A stretch of 64,000 nt of DNA, taken from positions 31,074-95,073 of IMG/VR virus record IMGVR_UViG_3300014204_000140; one strand, written 5' to 3'. Below, one piece after another: positions 1 to 9,384 of this stretch. This DNA is from a virus (lineage: Duplodnaviria > Caudoviricetes). The translations under genes and the position numbers were made by a program. How positions within the stretch are numbered: the first letter of the stretch is position 1; each line of letters starts with the position of its first letter. The notes beneath the pieces were generated by a model. The model was not told the origin of the DNA and made no database searches. It saw nothing but the letters and a program-made list of their open reading frames with translations.

Positions 1-372
1 AAGAGAACTGGTGTTGGTCGTTTAACACTTAGTAATGCAGCTACAACTATTAATACTGGTGTATATATTCCTAAAGGAGCTATTATAACTGGTATTACAT
101 GGTGTTCAGGTGATGCTGTAACTATTTCAGCTACGACTTTAGCAACTGGTCAATGGAGATGTGGTACTGTTGCATTATGTGCCACTCTTAACTTAAGTGT
201 TATTGGTGCTGCTTCTGTACCTACTACTACTGCATTAAGTGCTGGTAGATTAGTTGGTGACAATAGTCTAAATAACCAAATCAACTTCATTTGTGGTTCT
301 AGTGTTAGCACTGGAGTAACTGGAAGTTATGATGTCTATGTAGATTATCTCTATGTAGCAGAACATGAATAA
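1..372 (+). CDS. 3' part of a virion structural protein (partial; beta-rich, T/G/S-rich)
   Basis: Frame 1 is open from base 1 (KRTGVGRLTLSNAATTINTGVYIPKGAIITG...YDVYVDYLYVAEHE) to TAA at 370-372, followed by a terminator. Confidence 0.7.
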   Translation, partial: KRTGVGRLTLSNAATTINTGVYIPKGAIITGITWCSGDAVTISATTLATGQWRCGTVALCATLNLSVIGAASVPTTTALSAGRLVGDNSLNNQINFICGSSVSTGVTGSYDVYVDYLYVAEHE

Positions 373-378
373 TGATTT

Positions 379-414
379 AAAGGGTGGATCTAAAACATCC
401 ACCTTTTCTTTTTT
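379..414 (+). terminator. Rho-independent terminator
   Basis: GGTGGAT-CTAAAAC-ATCCACC stem-loop followed by TTTTCTTTTTT. Confidence 0.85.
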
Positions 415-439
415 AATATTAAATCTAGTCTAATAAACT

Positions 440-1159
440 ATGGAATTAAGAATATTAGGTGATAATACACCTGGTCTACATAATAGCGATCTCGGAAAGT
501 CGATTGATCGAGTAGACAAATCAAAAATGTATGAAGATTTATCAACAATTATAATTTGTCCAACTAGAGGTATATTTCCAACAAGGGTTGTTCAATCATG
601 GATGAAGTTATTAAAACCAATGAATCAACTTGTAGCTGGTCCTATTTTTGCAGAAACTATGAAGGTTGATGCAGCCTACAATGCGTTAATAAAATATATT
701 TTAGATAATGATTATCTTAAAACTTTTAGATATATACTAACAATAGAAGAAGATAATTTACCACCAGTAGATGGTTTACTTAAGTTATATGAAAATATGG
801 ATAAGTATGATGTTATTGGTGGATTATATTGGTCTAAATCAGTAGACGGTTTTCCAATGATATTCGGAGATCCTGATGGTGATCCTTTAGATTCTAAACC
901 AAGAGTTCCTAAACACGGAGAGTTAGTTCCAGCAAATGCATTAGGAATGGGATTTAATTTATTTAAGTTAGATATGTTTAGACATATTGAAGAACCTTGG
1001 TTTCAAACAGAAGAAGGTAGAGATGAAAATGGTGCAGTTAAACAAATGACTCAAGATTTTTATTTTTATAGGAAAGCTGCTAAATTAGGATTTCGGTTTG
1101 CATGTGATTGTAGAGTTCTTGTGGCTCATTTGGATGTCAAAAATGATATATTATACTAG
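440..1159 (+). CDS. GT-A fold (family 2-like) glycosyltransferase
   Basis: IIICPTRG start, ILTIEEDNLPP (DxD-like), YDVIGGLY, GMGFNLFKLDMF..PWF, QDFYFYRKA..GF...H. This is the typical phage GT2-like pattern. Confidence 0.75.
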   Translation: MELRILGDNTPGLHNSDLGKSIDRVDKSKMYEDLSTIIICPTRGIFPTRVVQSWMKLLKPMNQLVAGPIFAETMKVDAAYNALIKYILDNDYLKTFRYILTIEEDNLPPVDGLLKLYENMDKYDVIGGLYWSKSVDGFPMIFGDPDGDPLDSKPRVPKHGELVPANALGMGFNLFKLDMFRHIEEPWFQTEEGRDENGAVKQMTQDFYFYRKAAKLGFRFACDCRVLVAHLDVKNDILY

Positions 1160-1163
1160 GACA

Positions 1164-1739
1164 ATGGAACAAATTTTTAAGGAATATCAAGAGAAATATG
1201 GTAGGATTTGTATAGATCTTGCTTGTGGGAATAGTAAAAAAGATGGATATTTAGGAGTAGATAAAGTAGAAACAAGTAGTACAGATTATATATTTGATTT
1301 ACAAACATATCCTTGGCCAATAGAAGATAATAGTATTGATGAAATTCATTGTTCTCATTATGTAGAACATATACCTCACGATATTAAAAATCCTAATGAT
1401 GATAGAGATGGGTTTATTCAATTTTTTGATGAAGTATATAGAATACTCAAAGTAGGTGGTAAGGCTACAATTATAACTCCATATTATACATCAATAAGAG
1501 CAATCCAAGATCCTACTCATTGTCGTTCGATTAGTGAAGCTACCTATTCTTACATCAATAAAGAATGGAGAGAAAAAGTTAATATGTCTCATTATGGAAT
1601 GAAGTGTGATTTTGATATTAGATATTCATTTTATGTAACTAACGAATTAATATTAAAATCAGAAGAAATTAGAAATCATGCATTCAAATATGATTGGAAT
1701 ACAGTTGATGATATTATAGCTGAAATTATAAAAAGATAA
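1164..1739 (+). CDS. Class I SAM-dependent methyltransferase (Methyltransf_11-like)
   Basis: IDLACG motif I, GVD, DL..YPWPIEDNSIDEIHCSHYVEH, EVYRILKVGG, DPTH. ATG at 1164 just after the upstream stop is preferred over 1098. Confidence 0.85.
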   Translation: MEQIFKEYQEKYGRICIDLACGNSKKDGYLGVDKVETSSTDYIFDLQTYPWPIEDNSIDEIHCSHYVEHIPHDIKNPNDDRDGFIQFFDEVYRILKVGGKATIITPYYTSIRAIQDPTHCRSISEATYSYINKEWREKVNMSHYGMKCDFDIRYSFYVTNELILKSEEIRNHAFKYDWNTVDDIIAEIIKR

Positions 1740-1824
1740 TAAAATACAAAATGAGTGGTAAAATTATTTATGGTGGTAGTACTCCTATAATAAATAAAGA
1801 TATAATAATATAAAAATATAGAAT

Positions 1825-2457
1825 ATGGCATTAACATTAGATTTATCTACTATAGAACAAAATGATGGCAAATTAATAACTTTTACAGATACATCAACTG
1901 GTTGGGGAACTGGTGGAGATCCAAGTTATACTATTATAGAAGCATATACTACTCAAACATATGCTTTAACATTAGATATAACTATAAATACTCCTACTGG
2001 AATAACTGTATATGATACTATAGATTTATACGGAAAAGGATTAGCTACTCCTTTTACTGTTCAATCTGATTTAGTATTTGCATTAGATGCTAGTATGATA
2101 TTTGATAGTGCAGTAGCTCTAGGAACATCTGCTACTCTATTACCAGATGGTATATGGGATATAGTTTACAAAGTACAACATTATACAGGTTCTGCTTGGA
2201 CTACTATTACTAGCAAAATTGAATCATTATTAGTATATGGGCAGGTAAAGAAAGATGTATATGATAAATTAAGATTAGTTCCCAGGTGGACAGAATCGGA
2301 TGTCAATAAATATAGAGATATTCAAGAGGCTGGTTACTATTATACTTATTTACAATCTATAGAAAAAAGTGCATTTATAGCACGAAAAGAAGAGTTGTTA
2401 CAAATGTTAGAAACACTACAAAGACTACTCATTAATGGAAGTAATTACCCTTGGTAA
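1825..2457 (+). CDS. Putative virion structural protein
   Basis: 210-aa ORF, Ig-like beta N-half with LPDGIWDIVY and a helical C-terminus; sits at the head of the fibre cluster. Confidence 0.55.
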   Translation: MALTLDLSTIEQNDGKLITFTDTSTGWGTGGDPSYTIIEAYTTQTYALTLDITINTPTGITVYDTIDLYGKGLATPFTVQSDLVFALDASMIFDSAVALGTSATLLPDGIWDIVYKVQHYTGSAWTTITSKIESLLVYGQVKKDVYDKLRLVPRWTESDVNKYRDIQEAGYYYTYLQSIEKSAFIARKEELLQMLETLQRLLINGSNYPW

Positions 2458-4357
2458 TCCTTTTTTGGAGGATTATGGAACACTAACACCAATAGTTGTT
2501 CCTTCATATGAAGCTGAAGAAGCTGTTATTGAGTTAACTACTGGATACAATCCATATATTATAAATGGATCTGGTGGTGATTCATATTGGACTAAATCAA
2601 CAGTTACTACTTTAAATCCTATCTTAACTACTGATAAAGTAGTTATCGGTGGGGTTTCTTTTTTAGGTACTGAAGTATTTAGAGTAGTAGGAGGAGCAAA
2701 TATTACTAGATTAACATTTGGATCTGAGTCTACTTATATAACTAGTGTAAAAGATGAAGATACATTAGTATCTAATGATGCACATGCTATACCTACACAA
2801 CAATCAGTTAAAGCATATGTAGATAATGCAATAACTACTGGATTACAACCTGGAGATAATATATCTCTTTTAACAAATGATGTACCATACTTAATAACTG
2901 AAACTGATCCTATTTTTGTAGCATCTCCTGCTTATACTGTAACTAGTACTCAAATAACTCATTGGGATACTGCTTATGGTTGGGGAAATCATGCTTCTGC
3001 CGGATATTTAAGTATAGAAAATGATCCTATATTTACAGCTTCTGAAGCTTATTTAATTACTACTACAGATACTACTAATTGGGATACAGCATATACTAAT
3101 AATCACACCCATGTTAATAAAACATTATTAGATTCATTAATTTCTTCTGGAGCAGGAACTTCTGCATTAATGAATGATGGTACGTATAAATCTATTGCTA
3201 TTATAGCAGGATCAGATACATACGTACAATTTAATGATGGTGGAATATTTGGAGGAGATTCAACATTTATATTTAATAAGACTACAAATAGATTAAGTGT
3301 TGAAAATATAACAGTTACAACTAATTTAGATTTTAATGTTACACCATCTACAACTTATATATATGAAGATGGTAGTTCTAATTTAACATTTGTAGATTCT
3401 GTTTCTGGATCTGCTACATTAGCGGATCTATTAGGAGCTGGAACATCTTTTACGTTTACGTCCCCAACAGGATGGATTGAAACTTCTTCTACAGTTGGTG
3501 GTATACCAGCAGGAACCCCGGTAGCTTCTTTAAATGGACAAACATTAGTTGCTATATTACGAATGATGTTATTTTCAACTCCATCTAATCCTATATTTGT
3601 CATTCCTACTGAAACTATAGTATTAACAGAAGGAACTCCTGTTAATTTTAATGGATTATATGTAGAAAGAGGATCTACTTCAATAATGACTATAGTTGGA
3701 ACATTTGTTAGTACGAATGGTCCTGGTGGAAAAGCATATGCATTATTTGATGGTGCTGCTACATATGAATTAAATGATACTGCATTTACTAATCCTAGTA
3801 GTGTTACCTTTACTTCCGGAACTTATAAATTTGAAGTAAATCAAGTATTTAAATCTAATGGGTTGGGAGAGGCAGATCCTGAGTTTGTTGTTTTATCAAA
3901 TGGAGCAACTGTATACGCAAATGATTATACTGGATATGCTCCAGGAACTGCCACTAATACAAAAACATATACTGCTGTTGATCCTATATATTATGGAGCA
4001 TTTACAGCAGGTACATCAGATTACAATACAGTACCTACTTGGAGTGAAATTACAACTGGTTGTACTAAACTTATATCAATAGAACCTACAATTCTTACAG
4101 TAAATATTACTACTTATTCTGGAACTGTAAATACTCATGAATATATTTGTGTTGCTTATCCTGATTCATATGGATTATTATCACATATATATTATGTAGA
4201 AGGAGGTAATAATGATGTCATTAGTTCTTTCTTAAATACTACAGAAACTTATACTAGAACTGATTCTACTACAGTTACTTATAGAGTATATTATGCGTTA
4301 AATAGTTATTCTGGAGAAACTACTCCTAGAACATTACATTATACAATTACATTTTAG
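2435..4357 (+). CDS. Tail fibre / virion fibre protein
   Basis: T/S/G-rich. Contains PTQQSVKAYVD, tandem ETDPIF.AS.A...WDTAY repeats and the VQFNDGG.FGGDS.F.FN motif common in phage fibres. Confidence 0.7.
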   Translation: MEVITLGNPFLEDYGTLTPIVVPSYEAEEAVIELTTGYNPYIINGSGGDSYWTKSTVTTLNPILTTDKVVIGGVSFLGTEVFRVVGGANITRLTFGSESTYITSVKDEDTLVSNDAHAIPTQQSVKAYVDNAITTGLQPGDNISLLTNDVPYLITETDPIFVASPAYTVTSTQITHWDTAYGWGNHASAGYLSIENDPIFTASEAYLITTTDTTNWDTAYTNNHTHVNKTLLDSLISSGAGTSALMNDGTYKSIAIIAGSDTYVQFNDGGIFGGDSTFIFNKTTNRLSVENITVTTNLDFNVTPSTTYIYEDGSSNLTFVDSVSGSATLADLLGAGTSFTFTSPTGWIETSSTVGGIPAGTPVASLNGQTLVAILRMMLFSTPSNPIFVIPTETIVLTEGTPVNFNGLYVERGSTSIMTIVGTFVSTNGPGGKAYALFDGAATYELNDTAFTNPSSVTFTSGTYKFEVNQVFKSNGLGEADPEFVVLSNGATVYANDYTGYAPGTATNTKTYTAVDPIYYGAFTAGTSDYNTVPTWSEITTGCTKLISIEPTILTVNITTYSGTVNTHEYICVAYPDSYGLLSHIYYVEGGNNDVISSFLNTTETYTRTDSTTVTYRVYYALNSYSGETTPRTLHYTITF

Positions 4358-4359
4358 TT

Positions 4360-7041
4360 ATGACTAGAATACCATTTCCTTTAGGATTTAAAATAGTTGA
4401 AACATCAGGAACTACAAATACTGGAATTGCAATAGACGATAGACAAGTATTTGCTTCTAGTAGTGATAGAACAGCTTATGATAGTAATTTTTTCTATGAA
4501 GGATTATTATCTTATACTATAGGATTACCTTATCATGTTTCTGGAGTTACTAGTGATGCAGGATTTTATTATAGAAATAGTGCTAATACATGGACTGGTT
4601 TTAATTCTGATACTATAGATGATAAACATGCAAATGGTACTATGGATAGTACTAGTGTTGCTGAATCTGATCCTACTACTGGAACAAATATAGTAAATCA
4701 TATTAATTACTTATATACATTAAATTCTGCGTTGAGTACTGGACGTACTTGGAAAGAACCAGTATTAAATGTTACAACCACTATTCCAGGATCTCCAACT
4801 GCTGGAGATAGATATGCTATTAATGGTGTTGGAACTGGAGATTGGACTGGACATGATGGAGATATTGCTATTTTTACTACTATATGGACATTTGAAGATC
4901 CATCAGTTGGTTGGGCAGTATTAAATCTTACAGATGGTAAGATTTATAGTTATGTAGCCTCAACTTCTTATTGGATTCAAACTAGTTCAGATTTACCGAT
5001 TTTATCTGGATCTGTAGATGGTATTGTGAGTCATACATGGTATACAGATTTGTATGATGTAGTTACAAACACATCTAATTATTTAAATAAAAGTGTATTT
5101 GGTTATGTAGTTGTAGAAAATGATGGAAGTCCTACAACTGGATCTCCAGTTACAGCTACCATACAACAAGATTCTTTTACTATAAATACAGTTGGTGGAT
5201 TAACATCTACTATTTCTGGAAAGATAATTACAATAGATGGATCAGGATTAGGAACTCCGAGTAATGCTAGTTTTTGGACATCAAAGTCTGAATCTGGATT
5301 ATCTAATGAAGTTAATATTGGAGCATTAACTACTGGATTAGTTAAAATAACTGTATCAGGTGGAATTGCTACTCCTACTACTGCTATAGCAGGGACTGAT
5401 TATCAATCACCTATTACTGTAATTAATGGATTAAATTCTCCATATCCAGGTACTATAATTAGATTAGGTGGAAACTTAACTGAAAATACAAGTATAACTC
5501 TTGGATCATATAATGCTGTATTTATAGTTGATAGTACTGGTATATTTTCAGTTGGAAGTTTACGTACAGGAGGAATAGTAGTTACTACCACTGGTGGATT
5601 TACAACTGAAACAATTGGTAGTTCTGGTGGAGGATATTTTGCATTTAGTAGTACAGGAGTTAGTTTTATTAGTAGTATTGCATTAGGTGGAATAAAATAT
5701 TCTGGAGATTATTCATCTGGATTTACAGATAGATCTTTAGTTGATAAAGCATATGTTGACAATAGAGTGGGAGGAAGTGATGGTTATGTTCAATATAATA
5801 ATACAGGAATATTAGATGGAGATAGTACATTTTTCTTTAATAATTCTAGTAAGATATTGTATGTAGATTATTTAACTATGCAATATAGTTTAACTTTAGG
5901 AAGTTCTGTAATTTATACTAACACTGGAAATTTAACATTTTACGATACAGTAATAGGAACTGTAACATTATCAGATTTACTTAATAGTGGAGGAGTTACA
6001 CCAGTTGATGATATACTAGACTGGTCTACAGATAAATATATTCCATATACATCACAGACTGCTGGATGTTTTGATAATAGTTCTACTAATCCAATTCATA
6101 CTAATAGACTTAATTATGATGGAAACTTTTATGCTCATGAAATACATGGATTTACATCCACTACATTTGGAGTATTTGGGTTTGCGTCATCTTCTGGTGC
6201 TGGCGTAAGTGGAGCATCAATTACAGGTGCAGGTATATCTGGTAGTAGTGGAAGTGGATATTTAGGAGAGTTTGTTCATTCTGTAAATACAACAAGATCA
6301 AATCCATATATATATATAAGTAAGGAAACCACAGGAACTGTAGATGATACTAGTAATATTATATATATAAATGATAATCCTGCAACTTCTGGAACTATAT
6401 CTGGATCAGTTTTAAAAGTAACAGTTGTATCAACTGTAAGAATAGATATGAATCCTCGTGTTGCAGCAACTGGAGAAAGTGCTTACATTTTAGATACTCA
6501 TAATGCTCTCACAACTTCTAATATACTAAGTTTAAGAAATCAAGGAGTGGCTAAAAACTATATAACAAGTTCTGGTAAAAATCTTTATACTGCTGGAACA
6601 TCTAGTACATTTGTTATAACTCCTGGAATAATAAAAGATTTCTATACTGATGCTTCTACAAGTGGAACTGGAGAAACTGATTTATATAGTTATACAGTTC
6701 CGGCAAATATATTAGCAACTAATGGAGATAAACTGTTAGGTTATTATATAATTAATTCTTCAGCAAATAATTCTATAGAAGTATATTTTGCAACTTCATC
6801 TATAGGTTTATTAGATATAGGTACAAATACGTATAAAGTAAATTTTGAAATAATAAGAGTTAGTTCTACTGTTGCTAGATGCAGTGTTTCTATGGGAAAT
6901 TATCAAAATGTATTTTATACAGAACTTACATCTAAAGATTGGACAACCACTAATATTTTAAAAGTTACAGGAACAGCATTAACTGGAACTGTAACAGCAA
7001 GATTCGGATCAATTGAATACAAACCAGCAGCAATAAATTAA
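4360..7041 (+). CDS. Tail fibre protein with DUF2793-like module
   Basis: PGSPTAGDRYAI..GTGDWTGHDGDIA...WTF..P..GW (DUF2793-like), SLVDKAYVD and VQYNN.G..DGDS motifs; 893 aa, T/G/S-rich. Confidence 0.75.
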   Translation: MTRIPFPLGFKIVETSGTTNTGIAIDDRQVFASSSDRTAYDSNFFYEGLLSYTIGLPYHVSGVTSDAGFYYRNSANTWTGFNSDTIDDKHANGTMDSTSVAESDPTTGTNIVNHINYLYTLNSALSTGRTWKEPVLNVTTTIPGSPTAGDRYAINGVGTGDWTGHDGDIAIFTTIWTFEDPSVGWAVLNLTDGKIYSYVASTSYWIQTSSDLPILSGSVDGIVSHTWYTDLYDVVTNTSNYLNKSVFGYVVVENDGSPTTGSPVTATIQQDSFTINTVGGLTSTISGKIITIDGSGLGTPSNASFWTSKSESGLSNEVNIGALTTGLVKITVSGGIATPTTAIAGTDYQSPITVINGLNSPYPGTIIRLGGNLTENTSITLGSYNAVFIVDSTGIFSVGSLRTGGIVVTTTGGFTTETIGSSGGGYFAFSSTGVSFISSIALGGIKYSGDYSSGFTDRSLVDKAYVDNRVGGSDGYVQYNNTGILDGDSTFFFNNSSKILYVDYLTMQYSLTLGSSVIYTNTGNLTFYDTVIGTVTLSDLLNSGGVTPVDDILDWSTDKYIPYTSQTAGCFDNSSTNPIHTNRLNYDGNFYAHEIHGFTSTTFGVFGFASSSGAGVSGASITGAGISGSSGSGYLGEFVHSVNTTRSNPYIYISKETTGTVDDTSNIIYINDNPATSGTISGSVLKVTVVSTVRIDMNPRVAATGESAYILDTHNALTTSNILSLRNQGVAKNYITSSGKNLYTAGTSSTFVITPGIIKDFYTDASTSGTGETDLYSYTVPANILATNGDKLLGYYIINSSANNSIEVYFATSSIGLLDIGTNTYKVNFEIIRVSSTVARCSVSMGNYQNVFYTELTSKDWTTTNILKVTGTALTGTVTARFGSIEYKPAAIN

Positions 7042-7045
7042 TTAT

Positions 7046-8008
7046 ATGGCAGCAACACTAACAGAGATTAATGATTTTAAAGTCACTGTGATGGCTAAAC
7101 AGGTAGAGATATGTAATATATTAACTAATATATTAAGTATTGGTGGAAGATTTGATAATGAAGTTTATCTTATTAAATTACAAGGTATCAATGAATATTG
7201 TAATATTATCATAGATTATCTTAGTGAATCAGATTATGAAAATGACAATTTCTTTACTTTAGTTGAATTTCAAGATATTATAGAACACTTTAATGATTTA
7301 TGTAATACAGATTATTGGTTTCCGATTTCTGTTGTAGAAGTTATTCCAACAGTTTTCTATAATACTGTACAATCTGGAAACTTTACTAGAAATAATTGTG
7401 GTGGAGGATACTATGGAAGTTTAGTAACATATACTGTTCCAGCTGGTACATATATGTCTAGTGTTTCTCAAGCAGATGCTGATAGTCAAGCTTTAACTGA
7501 AATTACAGCAAATGGACAAACTTATGCTAATACTTATGGAACATGTACAATAATTCCTACTGTTTTGTTTGAATCTGATTTTGCAACACCATGGGTTGGA
7601 GGTCTTCCAGTTAGTTGGTCAAGACATGTTGGATTTCCAGATATTGGAACTATTACTGAAGATCCAACTGATCATGTTAAAATGTCTTATACTGGGAATG
7701 TGTATACTAATAATCATATAGTATATGCTGGAGCTATTTCTAATACTCCTAGAAATGTAAGAATAGAAGTTAAGATAGATTCAATGTCTGCTGATACTGA
7801 TATACTAATAGGATTTATACAAAGTATGACATTACCATATGGTGGAGGTTACAGAACTATACAACCATTTCCAACAATAGCAGGAACTTATTCTCAAGTT
7901 ATATGGACTAATGGATATACTGATATAGCAATAATAACTAGAAAGACGATTTCTGGACCAAGGACTATAGAAGCTGTAATAGAATATGTGAAAATTTATC
8001 CTGTTTAA
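7046..8008 (+). CDS. Virion protein with DUF5977-like domain and C-terminal jelly-roll
   Basis: FYNTVQSGNFTRNNC..GYYGSLVTYTVPAGTY.S.VSQADADSQA....ANGQTYANTYGTC matches the DUF5977 pattern. Confidence 0.7.
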   Translation: MAATLTEINDFKVTVMAKQVEICNILTNILSIGGRFDNEVYLIKLQGINEYCNIIIDYLSESDYENDNFFTLVEFQDIIEHFNDLCNTDYWFPISVVEVIPTVFYNTVQSGNFTRNNCGGGYYGSLVTYTVPAGTYMSSVSQADADSQALTEITANGQTYANTYGTCTIIPTVLFESDFATPWVGGLPVSWSRHVGFPDIGTITEDPTDHVKMSYTGNVYTNNHIVYAGAISNTPRNVRIEVKIDSMSADTDILIGFIQSMTLPYGGGYRTIQPFPTIAGTYSQVIWTNGYTDIAIITRKTISGPRTIEAVIEYVKIYPV

Positions 8009-8068
8009 ATACAAACGTAACATATATTATAATTTAACGTACGATAGATTATATAATATAAATTATTT

Positions 8069-8548
8069 ATGAAACAATTTAATGATTATTTAAAAGTAAT
8101 ATTGAAACATGAAGGTGGTTATGTAAATAATTCTTCTGATCCAGGTGGAGAAACTAATTATGGTATTAGTAAGAGGTCTTATCCTGGTTTAGATATTAAA
8201 AATATAACTACAGAAGATGCTTCTAATATATATTATAATGATTATTGGGTTAAATTAAATATAGATAAAATATCAAATGAAGACTTAAAACTTCATATAT
8301 TTGATATGTCTGTAAATGCAGGAATTAAAGTTGCTGTTAAACTTTTACAATCTATAGTAAAAACTACTCAAGATGGAATAGTTGGTTCTATTACATTATC
8401 TAAAGTTAATAATGAAGATTTAGTAGATAAATATAAAGAGTCTAGAATTAATTACTACAATAATTTGGTAGACAAGAATCCTAAATTAAGTATATTTCTT
8501 AAAGGGTGGATATCTAGAGTAAATACAACAAAATTTAATAATGAATAA
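8069..8548 (+). CDS. Endolysin, glycoside hydrolase family 108 with PG-binding C-terminus
   Basis: HEGGYVN..SDPGGETNYGIS, YW, FDMSVNAG, DGIVG..T, FLKGWISRV. Confidence 0.93.
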   Translation: MKQFNDYLKVILKHEGGYVNNSSDPGGETNYGISKRSYPGLDIKNITTEDASNIYYNDYWVKLNIDKISNEDLKLHIFDMSVNAGIKVAVKLLQSIVKTTQDGIVGSITLSKVNNEDLVDKYKESRINYYNNLVDKNPKLSIFLKGWISRVNTTKFNNE

Positions 8549-9383
8549 TAGATCTGAAAGTTTAATTAAATCTTGGAAAAATAGACCAAATTATATTGGA
8601 GATATTAAACATCCTAAATTATATAATATTTGGAGATCTTTCATGTTTACTAAGAAAGGTCAAGAAATAGGTTGTTCAGAGGAATGGAAAGATTATAGAA
8701 CTTTTTATAACGATATTAAAGATTTATATTCTGAAGGACTTAGACTAATCAGAAAAGATAAAAATTTAAATTTTAATAAAGATAATTGTGTATTTGTATC
8801 AGATATAGAAAGTGCTAATTTAAAAGGTAATAATATATTATTAACTTATAAAGAAGAAACTAAAACACTTTTAGAATGGTCTATAGATTTAAATATTAGT
8901 CTCAAAGGTCTTAGAATAAGATATCATAGATATAAAGATATTTTACCAATAGATCAGATATTATTTGGTAGAATTAAGACAAAGAAAAGAAATATAACAG
9001 ATTATAAATTATTAGAATATCAACAACAAAAGAATAAGATCTCTAAAATGTTATCCTCTTATAAAGTTAAAGATAACAATAAAAGATTAGAATTTGATTT
9101 AGATTATGATTTTATGATCAATAATATAGTTAGTAAAAATTGTATATATTGTAATAATAATTTGAATATTGGTTGTGATAGAATAGATAATAATATTGGA
9201 CATATAAAGACAAATGTAGTTCCGTGTTGTTATATTTGTAATATTGTTAGAAGTAATAATTTTACAATTGAAGAAATGAAATTACTTGGTAAAGTTATAG
9301 AAGAAATAAGAATAAATAAAAGCAATCCTATATTGAAAGAAACATTTGATAAAGGAGAAGAAATAATAATTGAAATAGTATAA
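8541..9383 (+). CDS. Free-standing HNH-type (homing) endonuclease
   Basis: C-terminal CIYC..GCDRIDNNIGHIKTNVVPCCYICN, plus an N-terminal degenerate HNH-like segment and a TLLEWS HTH-like linker. Confidence 0.75.
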   Translation: MNNRSESLIKSWKNRPNYIGDIKHPKLYNIWRSFMFTKKGQEIGCSEEWKDYRTFYNDIKDLYSEGLRLIRKDKNLNFNKDNCVFVSDIESANLKGNNILLTYKEETKTLLEWSIDLNISLKGLRIRYHRYKDILPIDQILFGRIKTKKRNITDYKLLEYQQQKNKISKMLSSYKVKDNNKRLEFDLDYDFMINNIVSKNCIYCNNNLNIGCDRIDNNIGHIKTNVVPCCYICNIVRSNNFTIEEMKLLGKVIEEIRINKSNPILKETFDKGEEIIIEIV

Positions 9384-9384
9384 A

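Noticed and set aside
1098-1163. Upstream start for the methyltransferase
   Set aside because: It overlaps the GT gene by 62 nt with implausible sequence; ATG 1164 follows the GT stop by 4 nt.
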